Source of the DNA: an uncultured Candidatus Saccharibacteria bacterium
GTDB taxonomy: Bacteria > Patescibacteriota > Minisyncoccia > Phycocordibacterales > CSBR16-119
NCBI GenBank assembly: GCA_964426385.1
Contig: CAYRQF010000001.1
Location: forward strand, 21,712-85,711
DNA: 64,000 bases
Direction of reading: 5' to 3'
The notes below the pieces were generated by a model, which did no database searches, had not been told where the DNA came from, and saw only the letters and a list, made by a program, of their open reading frames with translations. The translations under genes and the position numbers were made by a program. Positions 47,414-55,810 of this stretch are shown one piece after another (positions within the stretch are counted from its first letter, which is position 1; each line of letters starts with the position of its first letter).

Positions 47414-48556
47414 ATGGGCCTATTTTTTTCAAAAGATGAAGATCAGATTGTTGCCGTACTCGATGTGAACTCGGGGGGCGTTGGTGGCGCCATAGTTCTA
47501 AAAAACAAGAAGTCTCTTCCGCTCATAGTAGCCACAGCTCGTCGCAACTTTAAATTCCCAGCCAGTCCTGATGGCGCTCGACTCAAGCGTGAGATGTTGG
47601 CGTCTCTTGATCTCGTCTGCCAGGAATTATTGACCAAGACCACCAAGCGTCCCGACAGAGTTTATTGTGTCCTAGCGACACCATGGTCTCACGGAGAGCT
47701 CAGGGCGATAAAGTACGATAAGTCTGAAGAATTTCGCTTCACTGAGGCTTTCGCCGAAACTTTGGTGAAGAAGGAGATTGAGAAATTCCGAGTGGAAAAT
47801 ACTGCATTACGGCATGTGATGGACCGACGCATCACTCGGGTTAGTTTGAATGGGTATCCGGTGACCGAGCCTCACGGTCAGAACACACGTACGGTTACTC
47901 TCGATGTCTTTCTCAGCCTCTCATCTAAGCAGATCATCGACGAAGTTCAGGATTGTATCCACAAAACTTGGAAGTCACGCATAGCATTTACTTCCCAGAT
48001 TTTTAGTGATTTTGTTTTCGTCCGGGATATTTTTGATACGAAAAATGACTTCGTCGTTATTGATATCGGTGCAGAGATTACCGAGGTTATGGTTATGAAA
48101 AACGATCACTTGGAGGGTACAGCATTTTTCCCTTACGGTGATAGGAATATCGTTAGAGCCATATCCGTCCAACTGAACAGGAGTGTCTATGAGTCAATGT
48201 CGCTGTTCTCCCTGTATGGCGAGGAACTTCTCTCCCCGGAGAATACTACTATTATTACAGAAGCCGTCGAACATGCTGGCGAGCTATGGCGAAGTGAGTT
48301 GAAGAGGTTGCTCAGTGACATATCAGGGAACAGGCACTTACCCAAGAATATTTTTCTTTTGGCGCCAGCATCGATGGAGGCCTGGTTTCGGTCAATGTTT
48401 ACAACCGCAGTTTTCCCCGAATTCACAACCTCTGGCCGGGAGTTTAATGTTATAATCCCTAACAGGGAAATGCTGTATAACTTTTGCCATTATTCTGATT
48501 TGGCCGAGCAAGACGACGCCCTCAGCAGGAAATCTATTTTTATAAACAGAGTATAA
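47414..48556 (+). CDS. actin-fold (ASKHA) ATPase, PilM/FtsA-like
   Basis: Phosphate-1 IVAVLDVNSGGVGGAIV and phosphate-2 FVVIDIGAEITEVMV motifs. Confidence 0.4.
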   Translation: MGLFFSKDEDQIVAVLDVNSGGVGGAIVLKNKKSLPLIVATARRNFKFPASPDGARLKREMLASLDLVCQELLTKTTKRPDRVYCVLATPWSHGELRAIKYDKSEEFRFTEAFAETLVKKEIEKFRVENTALRHVMDRRITRVSLNGYPVTEPHGQNTRTVTLDVFLSLSSKQIIDEVQDCIHKTWKSRIAFTSQIFSDFVFVRDIFDTKNDFVVIDIGAEITEVMVMKNDHLEGTAFFPYGDRNIVRAISVQLNRSVYESMSLFSLYGEELLSPENTTIITEAVEHAGELWRSELKRLLSDISGNRHLPKNIFLLAPASMEAWFRSMFTTAVFPEFTTSGREFNVIIPNREMLYNFCHYSDLAEQDDALSRKSIFINRV

Positions 48557-48559
48557 GGT

Positions 48560-49873
48560 ATGAATAGAAACTATATTCACGATATAAAGCCAACGTCTCG
48601 CACCCAGAAACAGCGAGAGGCTTTTCATCGTGAACATGAACTTCGGATGAAGAAGATGGGTCTAGATAAATCAGAAGACATCGAGGAGTATGAAGCTCCG
48701 CGAGCGCGTAGACCGCGAGGTGGAGATTCTGGCCGAGGTGTCTGGTACGTGGCAGGACTCGCCATCATCATACTTGTATTTGCGCTAACCTTTGTCTTTG
48801 CTGGAGCAACAGTCTATGTGACTCCGCGTGAGGGCACTGTCGAGTTATCGGGTCCGATACTTGCCGAGAAGGAGCCTCGTTCAGGACTCGCCTTCGAGAT
48901 GTTGTCGACTGAGGATAGCCGAGCGACGAATGTCGCCGCTGGAGAGAAGACGATGGTAGAGAAGAAAGCAACTGGAACTGTTAGACTTTTCAACAATAAT
49001 GGATCTGTCGAGCAGAAGCTTCTTATAGATACTCGGCTCGAGGCACCAAACGGATACATCTACAAGACCAAGAAGCCAGTCGTCATACCAGGTCAGAAGC
49101 TAGTTAACGGCAAAACTACTCCAGGTTCAGTAGATGTCGAGGTTTACGCTGATGAAGCTGGGGATGTTTATAACACCGACAAGACCACGTTCAAGGTGGT
49201 CGGTTTCAGGGGGTCACCAAAATACAACAACTTCTACGGAGAGACAGTAACCGCCATATCTGGAGGATTCAAGGGTGAATCATTTGATATTAGTGACGAG
49301 GATTTGAAACGTGAGACCGATATACTGAAAGGAGAGCTTTCTACTAGCCTCCTAGAGAAGGCACGAGCTGAAGTTCCAAGCGAATTTATACTTTATGATA
49401 AGGCCGTTACCATTTCGTATGATGAGCCTACTATCAGTGCCGCTGATGAGTCCGGCAAGGTAGAGATCAAGCAGACAGGTATTCTAAATGCGGTTATCTT
49501 CAAGGAGGTGGACCTGACCAAATCTCTAGTAGGAAAGGTCATCGCTGATACTACAGAGCACAGCGTCACTATCCCAAATATCCGTGAGCTCAATATCGAG
49601 CTCGACAAGGCATCCGTCATAACAAACCCAGAAAATATGGAGTCAGTAAAAATAATCATTGATGATAAAATCCGCGTTGTGTGGGATATCAATGAAGCCG
49701 AGATCAAGGATGTGCTGGCTGGGATCAAGAAGAGAGACTTTGAACCTCAGATGTTAACGTTCAAGAATATTGAAAGCGCTGAACTATCACTGAAGCCGTT
49801 TTGGAAAAATACTCTACCGTCCAAGCCTAGCGCTATCAAGATCATCAATAACTTCTCCACAGATGCTATCTAG
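48560..49873 (+). CDS. bitopic membrane protein (short basic cytoplasmic N-terminus, one TM, large extracytoplasmic domain); possible partner of the upstream actin-like ATPase
   Basis: TM segment VWYVAGLAIIILVFALTFVFAGATVYV; 4-nt gap from upstream gene. Confidence 0.35.
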   Translation: MNRNYIHDIKPTSRTQKQREAFHREHELRMKKMGLDKSEDIEEYEAPRARRPRGGDSGRGVWYVAGLAIIILVFALTFVFAGATVYVTPREGTVELSGPILAEKEPRSGLAFEMLSTEDSRATNVAAGEKTMVEKKATGTVRLFNNNGSVEQKLLIDTRLEAPNGYIYKTKKPVVIPGQKLVNGKTTPGSVDVEVYADEAGDVYNTDKTTFKVVGFRGSPKYNNFYGETVTAISGGFKGESFDISDEDLKRETDILKGELSTSLLEKARAEVPSEFILYDKAVTISYDEPTISAADESGKVEIKQTGILNAVIFKEVDLTKSLVGKVIADTTEHSVTIPNIRELNIELDKASVITNPENMESVKIIIDDKIRVVWDINEAEIKDVLAGIKKRDFEPQMLTFKNIESAELSLKPFWKNTLPSKPSAIKIINNFSTDAI

Positions 49874-49916
49874 CTTGCTAACGAATGGTTTTGCTGTTAA
49901 TATCTCATTATTCTAA

Positions 49917-50138
49917 ATGAAGCAATTAAACGATAACGAGAGATTGATCGTCGGCACAGTAGTCGAATCATTACCAAATACAACTTTTCGCGTCGAATCA
50001 AGTGAGTCTGGCAAGATAATCTTGGCATATCTTTCTGGAAAGATGCGAAAGTTTAGGATTAAGATAATGATCGGCGATAAGGTAGAAGTAATGACCGATA
50101 AGGCAGAAGAAAAGGGTAGGATTTCTAGGAGACTATAG
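49917..50138 (+). CDS. infA: translation initiation factor IF-1
   Basis: 73 aa S1-like; [15 protein letters not shown]...[20 protein letters not shown]. Confidence 0.9.
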   Translation: MKQLNDNERLIVGTVVESLPNTTFRVESSESGKIILAYLSGKMRKFRIKIMIGDKVEVMTDKAEEKGRISRRL

Positions 50139-50322
50139 GGCTTCTAGGTATCCCCTTGCCCCCACACCAAATTTTCGATCGCGCCCTTGGCGCTTTCACA
50201 GAAAAATCGAAAAATTGGTGTAGGGGCTTGCATTAATATTCCTTTTAGGTTACTATTTAAACCTGCATTAAGGGCTTACCCCTTAATTTTGAAATTTTAA
50301 ATCAAAACAAGAAATCTTTAGT

Positions 50323-50445
50323 ATGAAAATAAAGGCGTCCATAAAACGAGCCGGTTTGGTACAAGGCGACCAGCTTGTCAAAAGAAGGGGTAAAATTTAC
50401 AGGATAAACAAGAAGAACCCTCGCCGTAAAGCAAGGCAGGGATAA
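50323..50445 (+). CDS. rpmJ: 50S ribosomal protein L36, cysteine-less variant (40 aa; not in the ORF track)
   Basis: MKIKASIKR...VKRRGKIYRINKKNPRRKARQG aligns to L36 (MKVRASVKK..C..CK.VKRRG...KHKQRQG) at the canonical infA-rpmJ-rpsM position; all four Zn ligands replaced. Confidence 0.6.
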   Translation: MKIKASIKRAGLVQGDQLVKRRGKIYRINKKNPRRKARQG

Positions 50446-50450
50446 TCAAT

Positions 50451-50831
50451 ATGCGAATTTCAGGAATAACAATAAAAGATAACGAGCGTATAGAGATGGG
50501 GCTAACAGCCATTTTTGGAATTGGCCGATCCAGGGCTCACAAGATTCTCGACGTGGCCAAGGTTGACTACAGTAAGAAGTCAAAAGACCTTACGACTGAC
50601 GAAGAGAACGAGATCCGCAAAGTTGTCGAACAGTACAACATAGAAGGAAACCTCAAGCGTGAGATATCTGCGAACATCAAGCGTCTCAAGGATATCGGAT
50701 CATACCGAGGCTCTCGTCACACCAAGCGTCTCCCGTCTCGTGGTCAGAGGACTAAAACCAACTCTCGAACTATCAGAGGTAACGTCAGAAAGACTATGGC
50801 ATCCGGACGAGTAACCGCTACAAAGACATAA
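50451..50831 (+). CDS. rpsM: 30S ribosomal protein S13
   Basis: MRISGITIKDNERIEMGLTAIFGIGRSRA signature. Confidence 0.9.
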   Translation: MRISGITIKDNERIEMGLTAIFGIGRSRAHKILDVAKVDYSKKSKDLTTDEENEIRKVVEQYNIEGNLKREISANIKRLKDIGSYRGSRHTKRLPSRGQRTKTNSRTIRGNVRKTMASGRVTATKT

Positions 50832-50837
50832 AATAAT

Positions 50838-51260
50838 ATGGGAAAGAAAAGAATTGTAAAAGGAGGTGAATCTGCATCAAAAGCAAAATCTACCTCAAAG
50901 GCCGTCAAGAAAAAGCTCACAGAAGGAGTACTCTTCGTTGAGGCAACTTTTAATAACACGAAAGTCTCTTTCGCTGACAAGAAAGGTAACGTAGTTTTCT
51001 GGTCATCATCTGGTGCTCTCGGATTCAAGGGTGCGAAGAAAGGAACTCCTTTCGCTGCCGCCAAAGTCGGTGATCTTATCGGAGAGAAGGCCGAATCTAT
51101 CGGTGTCAAAGAAGCCGAGGTTATCGTAAAGGGCGTCGGAACAGGCCGTGAGTCAGCTATCCGTGCGTTTATGACACGAGGCATCGAGATCTCATCTATC
51201 CGAGACAAGACCCCGATACCATTTAACGGTCCTCGTCCGCCTAAACCTCGAAGAGTTTAA
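50838..51260 (+). CDS. rpsK: 30S ribosomal protein S11
   Basis: Conserved S11 core (FNNTKVSFADKKGNVV...GFKGAKKGTPFAA). Confidence 0.9.
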   Translation: MGKKRIVKGGESASKAKSTSKAVKKKLTEGVLFVEATFNNTKVSFADKKGNVVFWSSSGALGFKGAKKGTPFAAAKVGDLIGEKAESIGVKEAEVIVKGVGTGRESAIRAFMTRGIEISSIRDKTPIPFNGPRPPKPRRV

Positions 51261-51291
51261 AAAATAATGTATTAATAAGATTGATTGAGTT

Positions 51292-51900
51292 ATGAAAATA
51301 GGACCAAAATACAAAATAGCAAGAAGGCTTGGAAGCGCTGTGTTCGATAGGACACAGACGCCGCGTTTTGCTACTTCAGAGGCTCGTCACGCAAAAGGTG
51401 CCAAGTCCAAGAAGCGCAAGCAGGTCTCTGAATACGGCCTTCAGCTCAATGAGAAGCAGAAGATTCGATATACCTACGGCGTATCTGAGAAGCAGTTCAG
51501 TAACTACGTGAAGGAAGCCGTCGAGACAAAAGGTGGTAACGCCGGTGAGCTCCTCCAGAGATTCCTTGAACAGCGCCTAGACAATATCGTCTACCGATTC
51601 GGTCTAGCCACAACTAGAGCTGCAGCACGCCAGATGGTATCTCACGGACATTTCCGAGTTAACGGCAAGAGAGTGACAGTCCCGTCCTACAGGACTAACG
51701 AGGGAGATGTTATCTCTGTTCGCGAGGGTAGTAGATCGAGCAAGCTTTTCGAAGACCTTACGAAGAAGCTCGACAAATATATGTATCCAGCATGGCTAGC
51801 ATTCGATCCAGCTTCGATGGAAGGTAGCGTCAAGAGCAAGCCGACCAAGGAAGGTTCGCTTCTCGATTTCGGACGAGTCCTCGAATTCTACAGTCGTTAA
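51292..51900 (+). CDS. rpsD: 30S ribosomal protein S4
   Basis: 202 aa; S4 domain RLDNIVYRFGLATTRAAARQMVSHGHFRVNGKRV. Confidence 0.9.
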   Translation: MKIGPKYKIARRLGSAVFDRTQTPRFATSEARHAKGAKSKKRKQVSEYGLQLNEKQKIRYTYGVSEKQFSNYVKEAVETKGGNAGELLQRFLEQRLDNIVYRFGLATTRAAARQMVSHGHFRVNGKRVTVPSYRTNEGDVISVREGSRSSKLFEDLTKKLDKYMYPAWLAFDPASMEGSVKSKPTKEGSLLDFGRVLEFYSR

Positions 51901-51931
51901 AATTTAATTATTTATTATTAGTAAAAATTCT

Positions 51932-52918
51932 ATGGTTGAATCAAATATTATATTGCCATCGAAGCCTAGGCTTGTCTCCGAAGAGGGGAACAAGGGTATT
52001 TACGAGATCGACAATCTGTACCCTGGCTATGGCCACACCCTCGGGAACTCTCTCCGCAGGATAATCCTGTCGTCACTTTCTGGTGCCGCTATTACAAGTC
52101 TCAAGATCGACGGTGTTGATCATGAGTTCGCTGTGATGGACGGAGTCAAAGAGGATGTTTTGAATATAATACTCAACCTGAAGCGTATCCGTTTCAAGCT
52201 TCTCACAGACGAGCCTCAGATCGTCAACCTCAAGTGGAAAGGTGTCGGAATAGTGAAAGCTAGCGACATCGAAGTCTCTGGTCAGGTAGAGGTACTCACT
52301 CCAGATCAGTACATCTGCGAGGCCACTGACAAGAAAACTGAACTCAATATGGAGATCTACGTCCAGAAGGGCCTAGGTTATGTCTCGAAGGAAGACATCC
52401 AGAAGGAGAAGATGTCAGTTGGTCACATCTCTATGGACGCCATCTTTACACCAATCCGCCGAGTATCATACGAGGTAGAGAATATGCGCGTTGGCGACTC
52501 GACGAACTACAACCGCCTCCGCATTGCTGTCGAAACTGACGGTACATACACTGCACGCGAAGCTGTCGAGAAATCTATCGAGATCATGATCGTTCAGCTC
52601 CAGTCTATACACGACTTCAAAGGCCTCGATGAGAAGCCTGAGGAAATCATCGAAGCAGTCGAGAAAGAAATCAAAGACGTTCACGATGAGAAGGAGAGTG
52701 CTGAGGGTGAAGAAGAGAAAGAGACTATGAAAACTCGCATCGAAGACCTCAATCTCTCTACTCGAACACTCAATGCACTCGCCAATGCGAAGATCCGAAC
52801 TGTCGGCGGCATCGCTAGGAAGACGAGCGAGGACCTACTCGCTGTCGAGGGTATGGGAGACAAGGGATTGCAGGAAATCAAAAGGACCTTGAGTAATTTT
52901 GGTATTCTGCTAAAGTAA
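51932..52918 (+). CDS. rpoA: DNA-directed RNA polymerase alpha subunit
   Basis: N-terminal LYPGYGHTLGNSLRRIILSSL; C-terminal domain with LNLSTRTLNAL. Confidence 0.9.
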   Translation: MVESNIILPSKPRLVSEEGNKGIYEIDNLYPGYGHTLGNSLRRIILSSLSGAAITSLKIDGVDHEFAVMDGVKEDVLNIILNLKRIRFKLLTDEPQIVNLKWKGVGIVKASDIEVSGQVEVLTPDQYICEATDKKTELNMEIYVQKGLGYVSKEDIQKEKMSVGHISMDAIFTPIRRVSYEVENMRVGDSTNYNRLRIAVETDGTYTAREAVEKSIEIMIVQLQSIHDFKGLDEKPEEIIEAVEKEIKDVHDEKESAEGEEEKETMKTRIEDLNLSTRTLNALANAKIRTVGGIARKTSEDLLAVEGMGDKGLQEIKRTLSNFGILLK

Positions 52919-52938
52919 TACGGACCTAATCAGGAGAT

Positions 52939-53295
52939 ATGAGACATCACAATAAAAACAGAAAATTCGGACGACCAACGAGCCAGAGAGCGGCGCTTCT
53001 TAAGAGTCTCGCCTTGTCTCTAGTCAAAGCCGGTCGTATCCGCACTACAGAGGCCAAAGCCAAGGAACTACGACCTTTTATGGAGAAGCTCGTTACTCGG
53101 GCCAAAGTGGGAACCCTAGCCTCAAAGCGTATTATCGTATCTCGCCTTATGAACCGCGTCCCAGAGTCAAAGATCCTGATCGAAGAGATCGCACCACGTT
53201 TCAAGGGCGTAGCTGGCGGTTATACCCGTGTCTTGAAGCTTCCGCCTCGTAAGTCTGACGGAGCCAAGATGGCGCTTATCGAATTTGTAAAATAA
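52939..53295 (+). CDS. rplQ: 50S ribosomal protein L17
   Basis: MRHHNKNRKFGRPTSQRAALL N-terminus. Confidence 0.9.
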   Translation: MRHHNKNRKFGRPTSQRAALLKSLALSLVKAGRIRTTEAKAKELRPFMEKLVTRAKVGTLASKRIIVSRLMNRVPESKILIEEIAPRFKGVAGGYTRVLKLPPRKSDGAKMALIEFVK

Positions 53296-53296
53296 T

Positions 53297-53641
53297 ATGG
53301 AACACCAGATAGATGCAAAAGGGAAGAAACTCGGTCGCGTAGCTCAAGAAGCTGCGGCACTACTTATGGGTAAAAATGACCCATCTTTTGAACGCAACAA
53401 GCTTCAGGCAGTAAAGGTAACCATCCTTAACGCTTCGCAGGCTGATATCTCAGCTGAGAAGCTCGAGAACAAGGAATATGAACGATACTCCGGTTATCCA
53501 GGAGGCCTCGTTTACGAGAAAATGAAGCGAACTGTCGAGAAGCACGGCTACGGTGAAGTTTTCCGATTGGCTGTTATGGGTATGCTCCCAGCAAACCGAC
53601 TAGCAGATAAGATGATGAAGAATCTCATCGTAAAAGAATAA
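53297..53641 (+). CDS. rplM: 50S ribosomal protein L13 (short)
   Basis: GKKLGRVAQEAA and AVMGMLPANRL motifs. Confidence 0.75.
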   Translation: MEHQIDAKGKKLGRVAQEAAALLMGKNDPSFERNKLQAVKVTILNASQADISAEKLENKEYERYSGYPGGLVYEKMKRTVEKHGYGEVFRLAVMGMLPANRLADKMMKNLIVKE

Positions 53642-53647
53642 TTATTT

Positions 53648-54058
53648 ATGACAACTGCAAATAAAGAAAAATATTTTGAGGCAGTAGGACGCAGGAAGAC
53701 TGCGACAGCACGTGTGAGACTCACTGCTTCTACTAAGCCTACGTTTACAGTGAACGACAAGACTCTCGAAGAATACTTCCGAGTAGCAGACCTCCGAGCT
53801 ATCGCCACAGAGGCATTCGAGAAGAATCCTATCGACAAGAAATTCTCAGTGTCAGCTCATGTTAATGGCGGGGGGATGAACGCTCAGGCAGAATCTATCC
53901 GTCACGGAATCACACGATGCCTCGTTGAGTTCGATGAGTCATTACGTGCTCCGCTCAAGAAGCTCGGTTTCCTCAAGCGCGATCCTCGTTCACGCGAACG
54001 TCGCAAGGCCGGTCTCGCTCAGGCTGCTCGTAAGCGCAAGCAGTGGAGTAAGCGCTAA
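53648..54058 (+). CDS. rpsI: 30S ribosomal protein S9
   Basis: GRRKTATARVRL start and C-terminal ARKRKQWSKR. Confidence 0.9.
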   Translation: MTTANKEKYFEAVGRRKTATARVRLTASTKPTFTVNDKTLEEYFRVADLRAIATEAFEKNPIDKKFSVSAHVNGGGMNAQAESIRHGITRCLVEFDESLRAPLKKLGFLKRDPRSRERRKAGLAQAARKRKQWSKR

Positions 54059-54079
54059 TCTCAAATACAATATCTCGAC

Positions 54080-54107
54080 AAAATCCCCCACGGGGATTTT
54101 GTCTTTT
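54080..54107 (+). terminator. rho-independent terminator AAAATCCCCCA-CGGGGATTTT plus GTCTTTT
   Basis: Perfect hairpin plus T-run after rpsI. Confidence 0.65.
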
Positions 54108-54215
54108 AGGGGAGATATGCATATTTTATCCACCGTGATATGGGACAAGCCCTGTCCTATAGGAGTACAATGTTTAGAGAATCGTTTCTCTTTCACCAAC
54201 CAAATCCTCAACGCC

Positions 54216-54503
54216 ATGAGAGCTAGAACGTCGCTGTTCGTTTTGTTGATGGCAGGTACGACCAGTCTTCTCGCCCAGAAGCCGGTCTATCCGAACCCCG
54301 CAGGAGATATGGTCAAGATCGAAGCACCAGATAGCTCGGTCGTTACCATCGTCAATGCGACGGGAGGTGAAGTCAGGCGCGGCGTTACCGCGAATGGCTA
54401 TATCGAGCTCGATACCAAAGAGCTCGGTGAAGGGCTGTACTTCGTGAATGTGGTAACGGCTAACCGGCCGACCACCACGAGGCTCATCGTGGAGCACAAA
54501 TAA
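54216..54503 (+). CDS. minimal secreted protein: signal peptide plus Por/T9SS-type C-terminal sorting-domain-like module (95 aa)
   Basis: Signal MRARTSLFVLLMAGTTSLLAQ; remainder YPNPAGDMVKIEAPDSSVVTIVNATGGEVRRGVTANGYIELDTKELGEGLYFVNVVTANRPTTTRLIVEHK matches Por_Secre_tail pattern (YPNPa...i.n..G..v......g...ld...l..G.YFv.v.....t.klv); upstream in-frame extension overlapping rpsI judged spurious. Confidence 0.5.
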   Translation: MRARTSLFVLLMAGTTSLLAQKPVYPNPAGDMVKIEAPDSSVVTIVNATGGEVRRGVTANGYIELDTKELGEGLYFVNVVTANRPTTTRLIVEHK

Positions 54504-54589
54504 CAAGAGGGAACTAACCCTCAGAAGGACGACCATCACCCTGGCCGTCCTTCTAATAGGAACCGCACAATAGTGGTCTTTTTAATATA

Positions 54590-54618
54590 TTGACAGAACT
54601 ATTCTAATATAGTATAAT
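54590..54618 (+). promoter_or_regulatory. perfect sigma70-type promoter TTGACA-N17-TATAAT
   Basis: Exact consensus hexamers with 17-nt spacer, about 60 nt upstream of ORF 54680. Confidence 0.55.
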
Positions 54619-54679
54619 ATGCTATTAATTTTCTTTGAACAAACCACCTGTATAAACACAGGTCCAACAACAACAGAAC

Positions 54680-55156
54680 ATGGACAGCCTTGATTTCAAA
54701 ATCGCCGTTGGGATCTTAGAAGAGATCCGACAGACCCTCAAATTAGCCCAACGTGACGTGCTCCATTTGCATCATGCCGAGGTTTACGTTTCGCCTTATA
54801 ACAGTAATGGCGAAGGATACCTTGTGCGCATGGAAGCTGATCGAGGAAAGAGTATCAGCGGTCCGACGAAGCTCATCAGCGCTCATCTTCAGGTAGGATA
54901 TGATGATGATCGGGCTAGTGTCGCCGGTCTTGTGCTGCACCTCTTTCGTGAAGATGAATGTCACCGCATGGCAACGGTTGAGAACGTGTTCGATGCTATC
55001 CATGGCAAGGGGAGCATCAACGGTGATGTGATAAATGAAAGGACGTGGAAAGCGGCCATTTGCCACTTCCTACGTGCCGCCATTCAGGAGCTGAGGTCGC
55101 GACCTGAAGATGCCAGGGCAGAGGAGGTTGCATCTATCTTGTCCAAGTTCCTATGA
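54680..55156 (+). CDS. small hypothetical protein (158 aa), paralogous to ORF 22155..22565
   Basis: Shares GxYL[LV]xRMEAD, [IV]GY..RAS and CxRM collinear motifs with ORF 22155; own consensus promoter and terminator. Confidence 0.4.
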   Translation: MDSLDFKIAVGILEEIRQTLKLAQRDVLHLHHAEVYVSPYNSNGEGYLVRMEADRGKSISGPTKLISAHLQVGYDDDRASVAGLVLHLFREDECHRMATVENVFDAIHGKGSINGDVINERTWKAAICHFLRAAIQELRSRPEDARAEEVASILSKFL

Positions 55157-55162
55157 AGAAGT

Positions 55163-55196
55163 GAAGGGCGCTCCGTAAGGCGCTCTTTTGCTTTTT
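55163..55196. terminator. bidirectional terminator AAGGGCGCTCC-GTAA-GGCGCTCTT plus TTGCTTTTT
   Basis: Imperfect GC hairpin plus T-run between convergent genes. Confidence 0.45.
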
Positions 55197-55713
55197 ATTT
55201 AATATCAAAACTTTTCTTTAGAGATTCTTCTGTGATCGGATCTATGTGTTGAGTAACAACGATAATTATTTCGTCGTGTAGTCCTAGATCTGTTTTTATA
55301 TTTAAGAAAAGATGCTCGAATGGATAGGGTGATACCCAGACCGAGTTTTTCATACAGAGGAATCCTGCCTTTTTTAGGATGTAACGGATCGAGTCGCGTT
55401 CGCTTTTCCTAGACTCGGGCAGGTCGAGCATGACCATGCGCCAGAAACCGTCCCAGCGAGTGTCGACGAGACTTTTCGGATTACTTAGTTTTATATTACG
55501 GAGTTTCTGACGACCTTCAGGGGTGATGCGGATGAACGATGACTGAGCGGTCTCGATCTCTTCTACGAGTCCGGCCTCTGACAGATTCTTCAGACTGCGG
55601 GTCAGGGCGTAGCGGTCCTTTTGTCCGTCAGCAGAGAGGTCAGCCCTATTCAGGGCTTTTTTTGAGGCCAGGGTTTCGAGGATTTCCTCTTGGATTTTAG
55701 CTTTTCTTGACAT
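55195..55713 (-). CDS. winged-helix transcriptional regulator with PaaX-C/Cas2-fold-like C-terminal domain; divergent from grpE-dnaK-dnaJ
   Basis: N-terminal wHTH-like EEILETLASKKALNRADLS...LEKLSEAGLVE; C-terminal WDGFWRMVMLDLPESRKSERDSIRYILKKAGFLCMKNSVWVSPYP resembles the PaaX C-terminal WxGxW...P...R motif. Confidence 0.35.
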   Translation of the reverse strand: MSRKAKIQEEILETLASKKALNRADLSADGQKDRYALTRSLKNLSEAGLVEEIETAQSSFIRITPEGRQKLRNIKLSNPKSLVDTRWDGFWRMVMLDLPESRKSERDSIRYILKKAGFLCMKNSVWVSPYPFEHLFLNIKTDLGLHDEIIIVVTQHIDPITEESLKKSFDIK

Positions 55714-55770
55714 ATATGCAAAATAGCATATATTTTAGTTATTGACAATACTTATGCGACCACGAAAAAC

Positions 55771-55798
55771 TTGTCAAAGTTATAAATATGAATATAAT
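55771..55798 (+). promoter_or_regulatory. candidate grpE-operon promoter TTGTCA-N16-TATAAT
   Basis: Near-consensus hexamers; predicted +1 lies just before the GTCCCGTTAGAGATG left arm. Confidence 0.4.
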
Positions 55799-55810
55799 GT
55801 AGTGATATTG

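Noticed and set aside
53925-54215. N-terminal extension of the T9SS-CTD-like ORF overlapping the 3' end of rpsI (track ORF 53925..54503)
   Set aside because: The extension overlaps rpsI and the rpsI terminator hairpin. A signal peptide begins at the internal Met 54216, so the shorter CDS is preferred.
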